DNA of 64,000 nt from assembly GCF_009834535.1 (NCBI RefSeq), contig NC_045696.1, positions 6,264,001 through 6,328,000 on the forward strand. Direction: 5' to 3'. Position 1 is the first letter of the stretch; every line of letters begins with the position of its first letter. Source of the stretch: Camelus ferus (taxonomy: Eukaryota). The notes under the pieces were generated by a model. That model did not search any database. It saw only the letters and a list, made by a program, of their open reading frames with translations, and had not been told where the DNA came from. The translations under genes were made by a program, and so were the position numbers. This document shows positions 24,469-38,039 of this stretch, in pieces.

Positions 24469-25112
24469 CAAGTTTACATCTAAAACCACATCCAAAGTCT
24501 CCAACTTCTGTCCTAATTCCATCTCCTTCATGCTCCCTGGGTGACCTAGGAAGAGACGGGAGGGTGAGCGCTGGGGTTTCTGACGCTCCGCCATCAATTT
24601 ATCGGGGCATGCCGACACTTCAGCGCCTTGTCGCTTCACACCTGCTCAGTGACAGCCCTTCCCAGCGGGCGGGGCGCTCTGGATGTGAGAGAATGGGGAA
24701 GTGGGGCTCCTGCCAAGGAGCTCCTGCCCGCAGGGAAGCCCCTCAGTACTATACGTCCATGTGGTCACAGCCACCAGGAGGAAATGAAGTGATGGTTTTC
24801 GGATACTTGACCCAAATAAAAGTTGCAAAAGAAGTTGGGGCTTGGGCTGCGTAATCCAGACAGGCTGTCTGCACCTGTCCTGATTGGCTCCGCCGTCCAC
24901 GCTGGTCCAGCTGACTCACTCCACTGCCAGTGTTTGACTTTCCCTGTATTAATTCATTTCCCCACATGGCCTGGGAGGTTTCCCTAATTTATATGCTTTA
25001 CCTAAAACATTTATTGAAAATGAGAAGTGGCTTATTAAAGGAGAGGAAAGTTTATGGTATTGAGAAGTTTACCTTTTTGCGGGGGGACTAGAACATAAAA
25101 TGCCCTCCGAAA

Positions 25113-25113
<1 letters not shown>

Positions 25114-25160
<47 letters not shown>
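25114..25160. repeat. (CA)n microsatellite, about 23 units
   Basis: Perfect CA run. Confidence 0.98.
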
Positions 25161-25167
<7 letters not shown>

Positions 25168-27679
25168 CACACATTTTAAAAGCAGTATGTTTGGTAAGTG
25201 TTATGTACCACATGCAGCTCATATTCATATATATTTAATTGCTTTGAAAATGGCATTAGATGTAATGAGTTTAATGCATCCTTTAAAATTCGTGGGAGCT
25301 CCTGCAGTGTCAGAAATACAGGGAGTCCCAGGGCCGTGGAGGGTTCTGAATTTCATCCAGGGACAGAGAGAGGCGAGCCTCTGGGGACACCATCGTTTGA
25401 TTTCTGTGTGATGGTTTATTGGGGCTTGGTAGTCATGTCTACAAAAATGCAAGTGGGACGTCCTGTGGCTGTGATAAGGGTTCTTCAGAACTATCTGGGA
25501 CACGTTTGTAAGTGTGTCTGTGGGCACACAGATGGGGGGAAGGGGCGTTCTCCTTTTAGTCTTTGTTGACCTTGAAGCAGCAGGATGTAAATAAAAGCTG
25601 TCGGGGAGGGAAGGTGATACAAGAAGTATCTTCTGTTCCTCAGAGTCTGAGTGGCGACAACTGAAATCCGCTTTGACTGGAATTTTGTTCCTAACCAACC
25701 AGAAGGATAAGATCAAGTCAGCAAGAAATTATCAAAGATTTTTAAAAGTTAATTCATTAAGTGCAAACAGCCAGGCAAAGCTGAGAAACGTAGTCCCGAA
25801 AATGTGTTTAGTGCAAACGTCCTGTATTTGATCTCAGGAGTGAGCTATGTTTTCAAATCTGATTTATCTGATTGTCCTCATATCAGTTGACAGAAATAGA
25901 AGCGAAGGATAATTTTGAGAAGTGTGACCCTGAGAGTTTCTTCAAAACAAATCTAGACTCAGATTGCTTCTGTGTCTCTTGGAGATGAACTGCCAGTTTA
26001 GAGTTGCAGGTGCCAATAGCTGATGTTGACTTAGAGGTAGAGAGAATTCTAGTAAAGACATTTGTTTCCTTTGTACATCTATCAAGCCCCACCTACTTGA
26101 ATTTGCATAATTCTTCCTGGACTTCGTTTTTTTCCCATGTATGGAACTGGTGTCCTTGACAAGGAAGTCAGCAAAAATAGATTGCCTTTCACCATTCCCT
26201 TAAAAGCCCCGATTTGGGGAATTTCTTCAGTAGATTTTCTGTGCTGAGAGGTTTCTGGTTCTGGGCTGAGGAATGCAGCTTTTACTTCTGGGAGAGGAAG
26301 TTCTTACAAATGACACAGGACTGGTCCCACTTGACATGTTAATGTAGATAATGGAAGAGTTTGTCTTTGGCTCGTTGCTACAGAAATGTTTTTCTCATCT
26401 GGAAAGGATTTGAATTCGCCACAGAAGTGGCTCCCCATCGCAGGTGTGCAGGGAGATCACCATAAAGAGTTTAGCATCCCTGACATTTGTCCATAGACCG
26501 ATCTGGACGAAAGATATGTTCCTTTTGTATTTAAAAAGTGTATTCTGCATAATTTCCCATAGTTCTTTTCTGCTAGAACAAGTGACTTTTATAGGTAGAG
26601 CTTTAAAAAGGAAGGATGGTAAATATGAAATACAATGATATTTTTGATTTAAATAATATAGCAGTTGTGGCAATTGATTTACAAAGAAAATGAATAGAAC
26701 CTTAAAAACATTTTTTAGCTTATTCTCTGTTGGTGGTAATAGTAAGTCATTAAGCACATTTTGACTTGTCTGTCTTTGCTGGCCCTTCCAAGCACTTTCT
26801 TATAGTAGAAATTATGGTAAGTGTCCCACGACTGTGCTCTTAGCTGCTCAGGGCATGTGACCGTGCCTCTGCTCCGCTGAGGGGTAGTGCCTTTCACCAC
26901 CAGAGGTGGACCCAGACTCGTCTCCTGAGAAGGGAAAAAAGACTAGCAAATCCGTTTTATTAGGATTTGACAAGGATTTTGGTCATGAATTCTCATTCTC
27001 AACTTGCGTCATTGCATTTCCTCGTAAGAGGTCCACTTTGATAGCTTCATGGTCTCACATTGTCCAGATGAAGAGGGTGAGCAGATGAGTCAAGTTTCTA
27101 GCCTTAAAGAGTTGTGACATCTTGTGCATTTTGCCCGATGAGCACATTTTGTAGTAGTTCCCTTTGCCAGTTCACCAGCTACATGTGTCGGAACTGCCCA
27201 GGCGAGGACTGAGAGGGGAACAGTCTGAATTTTAGTTCCACCCCGTGGATCACCAGCTGTGTGGCTTAGGGAGGCTAGTTCCCAAATCTCTGAGCCGCTT
27301 GCTCTTAGCTAGGTTCATGCTGTGGATAAGAGCGAGGGTGCTGACGTCCGAGGACTCGATTTGAATTCTGCTCTATCATTTACTAACTCGGGGATCTTGT
27401 ACCAGGTCCTCTGTCTCTCTGCCTGGGTTTCCTCTTGTCTGAATTGAAAGCGCCTGCTTCCTGGGGTCAGCATGAGGATTCAGTGAGTTATTATAGGTAA
27501 TACACCCAGCCCCTGCTGAGTGCTTAGCTCTGGTGAGTGCTTGTGGTCTGTAAAATGAGAGTAACAGATCCATCTCAAAGATGCAGTATTGTCCTGTCTC
27601 TAATACATACGGAGCGCTGTCAGCATGTCTTAAAAAATATTGAACTGAGTGAAAGAAAATCTAAAACAGAAGGTGCTCA

Positions 27680-27813
27680 GGAGTTTGGGATGAGCAGATA
27701 CAAACTACTATATACAAAACAGAGAAGCAACCAGGTCCTACTGTGTATGTACAGCACAGGGAACTATATTCAGTAACTTGTAATAACTTACAATGAAGAC
27801 GAACATGAAAAAG

Positions 27814-27873
<60 letters not shown>

Positions 27874-27948
27874 AACCGAATCACTATGCTGTACACCAGA
27901 AACTAACACAACACTGTAAATCAACTATACTTGAGTTAAAAAAAAACA
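27680..27948 (+). mobile_element. LINE-1 3' end fragment containing a (TA)n expansion
   Basis: ggagtttgggatgagcagatacaaactacta...cagcacagggaactatattcag...aatcaactatacttgagttaaaaaaa. Confidence 0.9.
27817..27869. repeat. (TA)n microsatellite, about 26 units
   Basis: Perfect TA run. Confidence 0.98.
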
Positions 27949-28329
27949 AGTGAACAACCAGAAACACCAGAATGAGCTGTCTGGCACAGTACTATTTACA
28001 TACAGGAAATGCATGCTGTTAGGAAATTACTTCTCACACAGCATTGTGTACATTTCATGGGTATGTACACATCTGAAACATATCATGACCACATCAGAGG
28101 GGATGAGTACATATGTGGGGCAGGCTGGCTGGTTGCTTTGAGAGGTGATTAGGGGATAAGGGAAATGATAATAATAGAGATAATGGCAGTACCTAGCATG
28201 GAGGTTTGGATGTGGCACAGAAGGTCCTCTCCTACACACTGATGGGACTGTTAAGTTGGTACAATGCCAGTTGTGCTTTGGTACCCATTTGGCATTGCCT
28301 ACTGAATGATGGGCCCACCCTGGGCTCCA

Positions 28330-28840
28330 GTAGCTCCATCCCTACTGCAAATGGGCACCAGGAAATATGCACAAGCAAAAAACTAGAGAAACCCATATGC
28401 CCACTGAGAATGTCTAAATTAATTATGGTCTAGTCCCTCAATGGAGAACTATACAGCAGTGAAAAATAAACTACCAGCGTCTACCTGTGTCTGTGCATCA
28501 ATGTGGATGATTCTCAAGGTTGAGTGAAAAAAAAAGTCACAGAAGAATAAACAGAGTATGATTCTGCATATAAAGATCAAAAGGAAGCACAACAAAAGAA
28601 CATATGTTGTTCAGCGACACACACATATGAGGCAAAAAGAAGAACAAAGGCACAATATGTATATAATTCAGAATAGGAATTGCTTTGTGGGAGAGGGGAG
28701 AGCTTTCGTGGGGGCTCAGGAGGCTTCTGAGGTCTTGGTATTGCTGGTTGTGGGCTGACAGGTACGTGCAAGAATGTTTGCTTCTTATTCTTTAAATGGC
28801 ATGGTATTACCTATCCTATTGTGTAAGGAGCAATAAAGAA
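28330..28840 (+). mobile_element. Old L1M 3' region remnant
   Basis: aattatggtctagtccctcaatggagaactatacagcagtgaaaa...tgagtgaaaaaaaaagtcacagaagaata...gtatgattctgcatataaag. Confidence 0.65.
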
Positions 28841-29819
28841 CTTAAGATACTGAAAGAAGAGAAAGGGAAGATCGCACTGGGAGGCTCAGGGTAGAATTGC
28901 ATTTGGGGAGATGCCTTCTAATTGTACACTATTCTGCACCGCAGCAAATCGTTAATGTTAGCGGTCACTTGGCCCAGTGCTGGTCTAGCTGCTAAGGTGG
29001 GCGGGAGCCAGCTCTGATCAGGTGATGTCCAGGCAGCAGCTCTAGTCATTTCTAAGTTGAGTATGCTCACCTGCCTTTAGCTCTGTGAATGGCTCCACTG
29101 TACCCTTTTGCAACAAGGAACATGTCTCTGACTCATTTGTTCATTCATTCATTCATTCATCAAACATTTATCAAAGCCTTCCACATACTCACAAGGTGTT
29201 GGGAATGTGGGTGTGGGAATAAGAGACCATAAAGACACAGCACCTGAAATCCAGGGCACAGGTCACATGCTCCCAAACACATGTTTTGGACACAGCATGG
29301 CCCAGGGTCTCCCCCACCCCCTAGCTCGTCCACCCTACCTCGTCCCTCTCACAGCCCTGTGCTCAGCCAGCATTACTTCTTTCTGGAGAAAGCCTGGCGG
29401 TCCCCAGGGTCCTCCTGTGGGTGTCACACCTTGCTGGTTATTCTAGGTGGAGCATGCAATGTGCTCTGCTGGCCTGATGGCTCCCAGGTCCAGCTCTCCT
29501 GCCACTGCAGCTAGAAATGGCTGGAGTTTGTCACTGCACTGACAGTGACCCCCTGTCCTCCAGGGGAGGAAGCCCGGTTCCATTCTGGTGTCCACTTCTA
29601 GCTGATGTCCAGCTCTTGCCCCCCAAGGTTTTGTATGAGGTTCGGTCACAGATACTGGACCACGGGGTAAACAGTTTCTCTGTTCTGGATTCTAGTTGCT
29701 TCCACATGTGGAGAAGGACTGAAAAACTGCCTTACTCCAGATTTGTTTCTAATTATGATCCCCTCCATCCTGTTCTTTTTCCCTTTAACTTTTATATCTT
29801 TTGCTCATTTTTATGAGTG

Positions 29820-29965
29820 TCTTGGGGCCAGATGGTCTAGGTTTGATGCTTGGCTCCATTTCTTATCAGTTGCCTCAGCTGTAAGATTGGGTAAATAGTG
29901 CACCTGCCTCATAGAATCATGGGGGTTAAATTAGAGTTAATGCTTTTAAAGCACTTATTAAACAC
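29820..29965 (+). mobile_element. MIR SINE fragment
   Basis: ggggccagatggtctaggtttga...cacctgcctcatagaat...ttaaattagagttaatgcttttaaagcactta. Confidence 0.65.
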
Positions 29966-30275
29966 TTATTATCACATTACATATTATTATTCATATATTG
30001 TAATGTCATTAATATCATGATAATTATATATTATAATGCATAATGCTATATATTACATATTGCTATCATTTATATGTTATAGTAATTATATAATATTCTT
30101 GTACTATTAATATGTGTTACCAATAATATATTATTAACATTTATATATAAAACACATTATAATTAATATATTATTAATGTTAATAATACAGCAATATGTT
30201 ATATTATTAAAAACTAAAGCAATTGTATAATATACCACTATATTATTAATATGTAATATTGTATATGAGCATATT
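29965..30275. repeat. AT-rich low-complexity tract
   Basis: About 300 bp of tatta/ataat-type sequence. Confidence 0.85.
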
Positions 30276-31475
30276 TTGACAATAGCAGTAGAAGGGGAGA
30301 AGGAAGAAGAGGGAATATTCTGGAAAGAACTGGAAAGATAATAGGGTCAGTATTTGCCGAGAACTGAACTGCTGAAATGACTTCTTTCCCACGTGGTTCC
30401 GTGGTTGCCTCTCTGGAAGTAATGCTAAATATTACTGACTATAAAAGATTCTAAACTTAAACTCTGTTTGTGTTTCATAGAAGGAAGGGTCTGAAAGAGA
30501 TTTCAGAAGTAGCCGGCATTAAACACGAGGTCACTGGGAAGCCTGAGAACCCAGCAGATGAGCAGGGTGCTTTCAAAGTAACACGAAGCAGATGCGAAAG
30601 TCCGTGATCTGCTTCCCGAGTACTGAGTTCGGCGGCTTCTGTGGCAGGCGGTGACTTACCCCATCCCCATGGAGAAGGTGGATCTCACTGCCGCGCTCCT
30701 ACCTGAGTGACAAAGGACCTATTGAGTTTTAAGTATTTTGCACATATTTGCAAACCTGATTTACAATGATTCTGCTTCCTAGGAAGGTGGAAAGTTTATC
30801 CTTTAGAGGATATGCTCAACAGAGGCCAGAGTTTTCCTCCCCGATCTGTGTGCTGTGAAGATGATGTAAGCCTGCTTGATACACTGCCTGTTTTTTCCTC
30901 AATAAATCAGCTTTGATCAGATTCCAGTGGGGTTAGCACATCCCCACCAGCCTGGCGGTTCTGGCTGTTTACAGCTGCAAGTTGATTTTTTGCACTTTCA
31001 TTTTTCTGTAGGATGGTGGCATTTAATTAAACACAGATGAGCAAATTTGCTATAATTCCCACCAATGCATATTAGTTTTATAAGCAGAAGATAATTTTAA
31101 AATATCAAGATATTTGATAAGGTAAAATTGTGGAGCCATCTAACATCTGACCGTCTTGCCTGCAGGCCTCTTAGGTGAGGTTTGCTGGAGGAGGGCTGTG
31201 CTTTCTGTCCCTCCCTCCTGGCTTCCTGCGTCCCTGGGGACTGAGCTCGGTCACCTGCTGGGGATTGTGCTCAGGGTGCATGCAGGGGGGCCTAATGGTG
31301 TGCTCCCCACAAACTGGCAACTCCTTGTTAGGATTCAGTGACACTCGCATTCAGGGAGGGCACCAGCTTTACCAGAAGGTGTAAACGGGGGTTGGAGGAG
31401 GTTGAGATCATGTCCCTGGAGAATGGTGAGGAGTCGTTTGTGCTTGACCTAGAGCCCCTCTGGGGCTGTTTCCTC

Positions 31476-31630
31476 CAGAGGTGGTTCTCTAAAGGTATCC
31501 CGGAGATCGAATCAAAATGCAGATTCCTGGGCTCTCCTCCAAAGCTGCTTCTCCAGGAGATTCGGGTTGGACTCAGAGAACTGCATGTTAACAAACCCCT
31601 GAGGTGTTTCTGTGGCGCTTGCTTAGATGA
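31476..31630. mobile_element. MER5-type hAT-Charlie MITE
   Basis: gtggttctctaaa...aaaatgcagattcctgggctc...ctgcatgttaacaaacccctgaggtgtttctg. Confidence 0.7.
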
Positions 31631-32151
31631 TGAATAATTATTAAGTATTAACCTCACCTTATGGTAAATCTCAAAGCAGCTGATTTTTTTTTTTCCTGTC
31701 TACACTGGAGGCTGCATGATTCTGCAGCACAGCTCTGAATATCCTAGTCACACGTGTAAGGGTTTGGAGAACATTATTTGGACTTGGGTTTCAAAAGGCC
31801 AGCACATTTCCTGGGCTCTGTGATTGGACCTGCAGAGGGCTGAGAGGAGGAGCTGGTGGGTGGAGGAACAGAGAGGGTGCCAGGTGCGCGGAGAGGAAGA
31901 CCACCACCCTTGGCAACGTGGGAGTCATTGGTGACCTTGGGAAGAGTGATTTGCATGAAGTGGACAAAAGCCATATTGGCGTGTCTTCCAGTCCAAAAGG
32001 GAGAATAGATAAGTGCAGATAGCTTGTACAAGGCAGCTCTTTCCACTTAGGATTTAGAAGGTTTAGTGCTCAAAATCTTGTATACATTTTATTTTAATGA
32101 TATTAACCCTGAGCGATGTCATATTTTTTTTTCATTTAAGAGGTATATATA

Positions 32152-32593
32152 TTTTTAATTTATTGAAGTATAGTCAGTTTACAATGTTGTGTTAGTTTCT
32201 GGTGTACAGCATAGTGATTCAGTTATATATGTATATTCTTTTTCATTATAGGTTATTACAAGATATTAAATATAGTACCCTGTGCTGTACCGTAGGGTCT
32301 GGTTGTTTATTTTATATAGTAGTGTGTATCTGCAATCCCAAATTCCCAATTTATCCCTTCCCACCTGCTTCCCCCTTATAACTATGAGTTTGTTTTCTAT
32401 GTCTGTGAGTCTGTTTCTGTTTCATAAATAAGTTCATTTGTATCATTTTTTTAGATTCCACATATAAATGGTAACATATGATATTTTTATTTTTCTTTCT
32501 GATTTAACTTTACTTAGAATAACAATCTCTAGGTCCATCCATGTTGCTGCAAATGGCATTTATTTCATTCTTTTTTATGACTGAGTAGTATTC

Positions 32594-32643
<50 letters not shown>

Positions 32644-32660
32644 CACAATTTTTTTATCCC
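32152..32660 (-). mobile_element. LINE-1 3' end fragment containing (GT)n
   Basis: ttattgaagtatagtcagtttacaatg...tccatccatgttgctgcaaatggcat...gagtagtattcc. Confidence 0.92.
32596..32641. repeat. (GT)n microsatellite, about 23 units
   Basis: Perfect GT run. Confidence 0.98.
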
Positions 32661-33574
32661 TGATTGGTTTTGATGTTTATTCTGCCTGTTAAATTTTACC
32701 CTCAGAAGATAAATGTTTTTATCTGCTTGCACCTATTGATATTTTTCTTTGCTGTCTTTCCCTAGCTTTTAAACTTAGAACATTCCTATTTTTCTTGCTC
32801 TTTTGTGTATTTCCTGGTCTTCTGTATCTCTTGTTTAACAGAAATAAAATAAAATATATTTATTTTAAAAGCCACCAAGAAAGTCGTTCAGTGTCCACAG
32901 AAAGCGCACAGCAGTGCAGATCCCCTTGCATGGGGAGTTCTGCGTTCTGTGCAGAATGAACCCATCCTAACTTGGCAGCAGTGTTTTCTGCTCGTTCCCC
33001 CTGGAGGGTAGATAAGCAAAATGTTCAACAACTAGCCTGGGCACACCAATCAACGTGGGGCAGACCAACCGGATGAGATCATGGTTGGAAACAGCGGGGG
33101 TCCCTGTCTCAGTGTTTCTACCCTTCCTCTGGGTGCCCACTCGCCAGGGAACTGACTCTCCTCCTCCATGCTCTGCTGGCCCCTTGCTTTTATTTTTCTG
33201 TCCTCCCAGTCTTGACATTGGGTCCTTGTCATTTGTCAGTGCCTGTTTTATCTGCTTGCTAGATTATACATTACTTCCGGTGATCACATACTCAGCTTTG
33301 TGTCTCTTATGGTACCTCATGCCTGGGAGATGCTTAACATACAGGTGCTGCTTGAATTAAATAAGCAGGGGCCCCAAGGAAGCAAGAGCCACACAGGGCC
33401 TTTGTTCTGTTCTGGGACATAACGGCCCAGTTCAGTGTTTGCCAACTTTTTACCCTTCATTCTTCCTCTTTGTAGGTGTGGTTATAACCACACAGCCAAT
33501 TTGCAGACTAGAGAATGTGTTCTCAAGGGCAGTGTGTCTTAACTTTTCTGTATATAGTTTTGTATATATAATTA

Positions 33575-34120
33575 AAGTTTTTATTTTTTAGAACGGTTTT
33601 AGTTGCACAGCAAAATTGTGCAAAAGTACAGAGGTTTCCCATATGCCCTCTTGCCGCACACGCCCACAGCCCCTCCCACTGTCAGTCTCTCCCACTCTTG
33701 CGGTCCATTTGTCAACAGTTGGTAAACCTGCACTGACTCATCATCATTACCCAGAGTCCACAGCTTACATCAGGTCCCTCTTGGTGGTGGGAACGCTGAT
33801 GTGAACATAGAATCTTGTCCATTCTGTGGACTTGGAAAACAGTGCAATAACATGTTTCTACCATTAAGTACCATAAAGAGTAGTTTCAGTGCCCTAAAAA
33901 TCCTCTGTGCTCTGCTCACCCATTCCTCCTCTCCCCCCGCCCCCACCCTGCCCCTGGAAACCACTGATCTTTCTATTGTCTCCATAGTTTCGTGGTTTCC
34001 AGAATGTCCTATAGTTGAAATCGTACAGCATCAAGCCTTTTTCAGTTGGCTTTTTTTCACTTTACTGGTATGCATTCAAGCTTCCTCTATGTCTTTTCAT
34101 AGCTTGTTAGCTCATGTTAA
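33575..34120 (-). mobile_element. L1MC-like 3' region
   Basis: ttttagaacggttttagttgcacagcaaaattg...catcattacccagagtccacag...ccactgatctttctattgtctccatagttt. Confidence 0.75.
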
Positions 34121-35886
34121 CTTTTTTGAATCTTAGAACTCTTTAAAAATTTGGTGAATGTCACAGATTTCCCCCCGAAAATAAGTGTGCAGGCACACAC
34201 TCACATGCACACACACACACTTGTATGCTCACAGATCTATTGAAGGAAACCCAGCACCCCAAGCGCTCCGGCCCCGGAGGCCCAGGGATCCCAGGTGCTG
34301 GCGATGGAAACCCCCCTGGATGCAGTTGATGAAACTGAAAATGAGTTTTCATTTGCACCTAACTATCCCGCTGGAAAACGCGTGGCCTCTTGAAGTCAGT
34401 GGCAAGACAGGGCTGCTTTGAACAAAGCTTGTTTCGAGGCACGTTCTTGGTCTCAGTCCAGTTCATTCTGCAGCTTGATATCTGAATCAGGCTTCTCAGA
34501 CCTGACTGTGCACGGGCGTCACCTGGGGACCCCGGGGGGCCTTGAGGTGCTGCACTTCCGGGGACCAGCCTTCTACAGAGAGGCTCTGAGCCCTGGTTCT
34601 CAAACTACAGGTCACGAGCCAGTTGTGGGAGGAAGTGGGTCAGGGCCAGTCTTAACAAAAGGCAATGGGATGGAACGGGAGAGTGGAAACTATCAAGGCG
34701 TGAGGCATATGGGGAGGAAAAGCATTCTTTCGGAAATCTTCCGTGTTAGTTCCATATGTGTAGGTGCAGACGCCGGCCTGGTTATACAATATGGTTTCTT
34801 ACTCCAGGTACATTTGGAAAACACCCCTCAAGTTTTCGTGAAGTAAGAAGTGAGGAAGAAAGCACCTCCCTTGTCGTTTTACCCTAAAAAGCAGTGGGTT
34901 TGCAGGCATAAAATTGCACACGTGTCTCCCTGGATTTTGTGGCTCTGATTCTGGTATCCAGATGTTGGGATTTATCCCAAAGCAGGGACTGTAAATAGCA
35001 GAGAATTTTTTTTCTTTTAATTTTAAAGATCGAATCCCAGGGTTAAATTAAAATCCTGGTTGTGTTTTGCTTAATCGAGAGTACATGGTACTTCTGAAAA
35101 TGCACTTTTAAAAAGTAAACAAATTGAACCGAAGCACGGCTATTAATTTTCTAGTGGCTCTTTGTGGATTTTCTGGAAAGTACGTTCATTTGCATTATAC
35201 CTTAACCGCTAATATGCTGCTGTTATCAATATCCAAAAATAAACAATGACACCAATTTATATGGCCTCCAAATTAGCCCTATAACATTTTACGATAGTGG
35301 TATTATTACGCCAACTGAGTTTGAGGCTGACAGAAATATGTAACCCTAACCATGTGATTCTTGTATCCTTTGTTTTCAAATCCAAGTTTAAAGTGTCTTT
35401 ATGTTTGAGTTTTATCATCAGAACTGAAAAGTGTGCGCCTAAGGTAACAGTCAAAAGTAAGTCAAATTTTCATGACTTAATGTTGCTTGAAAAAGCCCGC
35501 AATTCAAACTCTTACTTCCATGATTATTTGAAAAAAAGGTTACGTAAATTTGCCTATTTCATGACACGTTACAAAAGGGGTCTGAAGCCTGCAGGTGAGA
35601 CTAGAGATGATGGGTGAGTTTCCAATTTGACCTTCAGGGAAAGCTGTCCTGGAAGAATTATACATAAAATAGGCAATATTAGTTGTGAACAAAGGCATCA
35701 AGAAAGAAAACAGACCCAAGAGGGAAGATATTTTTATCTTCTGAATAATTTAAACAATATGCTGCTGCTCTTACTCCTTCGTCTTTAGGAATGGAAAATT
35801 CACGTATATTCAATAATAGGACTTAAAAAGACCTGTTACTTTATTCCTTAAAAGTGAAATTAAAGAAACACCAAGGATTTACTTTA

Positions 35887-36025
35887 TAGCACAGGGAACT
35901 ATATTCAGAATCTCGTAATAACTTATAATGAAAAAGAATCTGAATATACATATGTAACTGAATTACTTTGCTGGACACTTGAAACTAACGCAATACTGTA
36001 GATCAACTATACTTCAATTTAAAGA
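35887..36025 (+). mobile_element. Very short LINE-1 3' end
   Basis: tagcacagggaactatattcag...gatcaactatacttcaattt. Confidence 0.85.
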
Positions 36026-36244
36026 AAACACAAAGTAAGGCAGGGCTCTGGTGCTTCTGCTTTCTCAGGTTTACAGTCATTTTTGCAAAGTGATTTTGAT
36101 CTTAGCACGGTTCAAATAAAATGGATTAGTAATCAATAAAGACAAAGCAAAACACCTTCGGTGACATAAGGCATGCCTGATGAAGAAGTGTGGCTGTGAA
36201 TAAGAGAAAGTGACACAAGTTGTTTTTGTATTTTTGTCATTTTC

Positions 36245-36680
36245 CGCAGCTTTATTTAGATATAATTGGTATTTAACATTGTGCCAAGTTTAAGGTGCAC
36301 TGCGTGGTGATTTGCTACATGTATGTTGCAAAGTGATTAATAGAGCTAGTTAGTATCTCCATCCCTGCACAAAATTCTTTTTTTTCCCCTTTGTGGTGAG
36401 AACATTGAAGACCTACTCTCTTAGGAACTTTGAGTACACAGTACGGTGTTGCTAACTATAGTGATCATGCTGTCCATTAGATCCCGGAACGTATTCGTCT
36501 TATAACTGGACCTTTGGACCCTTTGACCAACAGCTCCACGTTTCCCTCACCTCCAGCCCCTGGCAGCCACCGCTGCTCTGGGTTCCTATGACTTTGGCTT
36601 TTTTGAGATTCCACATTTAAGTGAAATCATACAGTATTTGTCTTTCTCTATGTGATTTATTTCACTTAGCATAGTGCCCT
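36245..36680 (-). mobile_element. L1MA-like 3' end
   Basis: gctttatttagatataattg...gtggtgagaacattgaagacctactctcttag...gattccacatttaagtgaaatcatacagtatttgtc. Confidence 0.8.
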
Positions 36681-37064
36681 CTCAGGTTTTTTCTTTAAAC
36701 ACATTTTACAGTATTATAATGTCTAAGTCTGAGAAAACCTTTTGATTGATATGATATAAATAAAGTGAAGGATTTTTTCAAGTATCCACGATTATTTTTG
36801 CATCAAATGAAAGTATTTCAATTTACCTGAAAATGTAAAAGTCACATGTTACGTACGATACTAATTATTTTGTATCATAATTACAATAACATTTCAATCA
36901 TCCATTCATGCACTGAGAGTTAAAATTTACGATGCTTGTTCATTTCCTTTGAAGTGGCCAAATAACATGAGTAGTGGGAATTGATGAAATTTTAATTTCT
37001 TGAAAGTTGATCTTCGTGTTGGGGCGTGGGGAGTCACTCTTCCCTGGTGTTGGTTTTAGGAGCA

Positions 37065-37450
37065 TGGTGTTAGTTGGGTCCCCTGGGGAGCAGATGTTAG
37101 GATGGAATGAGGAAGGCGTGAAGTTTACTTGAAGGGGAGGGGCACTCCGGAGAAGGAGAAAAAGAGGATGAAGCAGGATTCGGCAGAGATGGCCTCAGCC
37201 GGGGTGCAGACTGGACAGTTTGACCAGCCCACTGGGAGCTCTGGAGCAGACATTGCCTTTGGAGTGGTCCAGTGATGGGCAGAAATGGCCAGGCTCTCAG
37301 CCCCCACCTCCGCTGTGGTCTGTCATTGGCTCCAGTGACTGAGATGAGGCAGAGGGGCTGCGAGCAGCTGGAGGCTGTTGAAGGTGAATCCTGGGTTCTT
37401 CCTGGGCTGCCAGGAGCATCTGCAGAAGCAAGAACAGGCAGTAGGCAGCT
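37065..37450. mobile_element. LTR16-like ERVL LTR
   Basis: tgttagttgggtcccctggggagcagatg...gaagcaggattcggcagag...gggagctctggagc...gtcattggc. Confidence 0.6.
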
Positions 37451-38039
37451 CCTGTGAGAAACCTTGCAGGGTCAGCATTTGTTTACATTGTTACTCCATC
37501 CTTTCTTTGGGGGGGGGGTGCAGATTTACCCTTTGCAGGATTATCTTCTGCTGAGTAGAAATGCCCTTTGTTCACAAAACCTACGTGATGTTCACAACAT
37601 GGAATAAATAGCCTCTTGTCCTTGGTACCTGGGCTGGGGCACTTCACTGCTGGGAAGCTCCACCATTATCAATGGCCACCCTGAGGGAAAGTTGGAACGC
37701 TTAAAAATAATAGGTGATTATTAAAAAAATCCTTTTAAGACTACTAATTCTGTTGTTTGGATGTTTTTGGGTTTAGACCTCCGGATAGACAAATTTTTGC
37801 TCTATTTGTTGTATTATCTGTCTTTTGTTACAGTTCAGGGTGGACATTAAATTTCTCTTAGGGCTTTTGGTTAAGTCTTTGATTGGTTCCTCAGATCCCA
37901 AGTCTGAACACCCGAATCATGGTGGTCATTACATCAACCTTTGCCCCCCCACGCACTGGAGATCAGGATTCAGGCTTTATTCTAATGCTGCCTGGGGCCT
38001 GGGTTGCACCACTGTGATCCTCAGTGCTTGAAATGAAAT

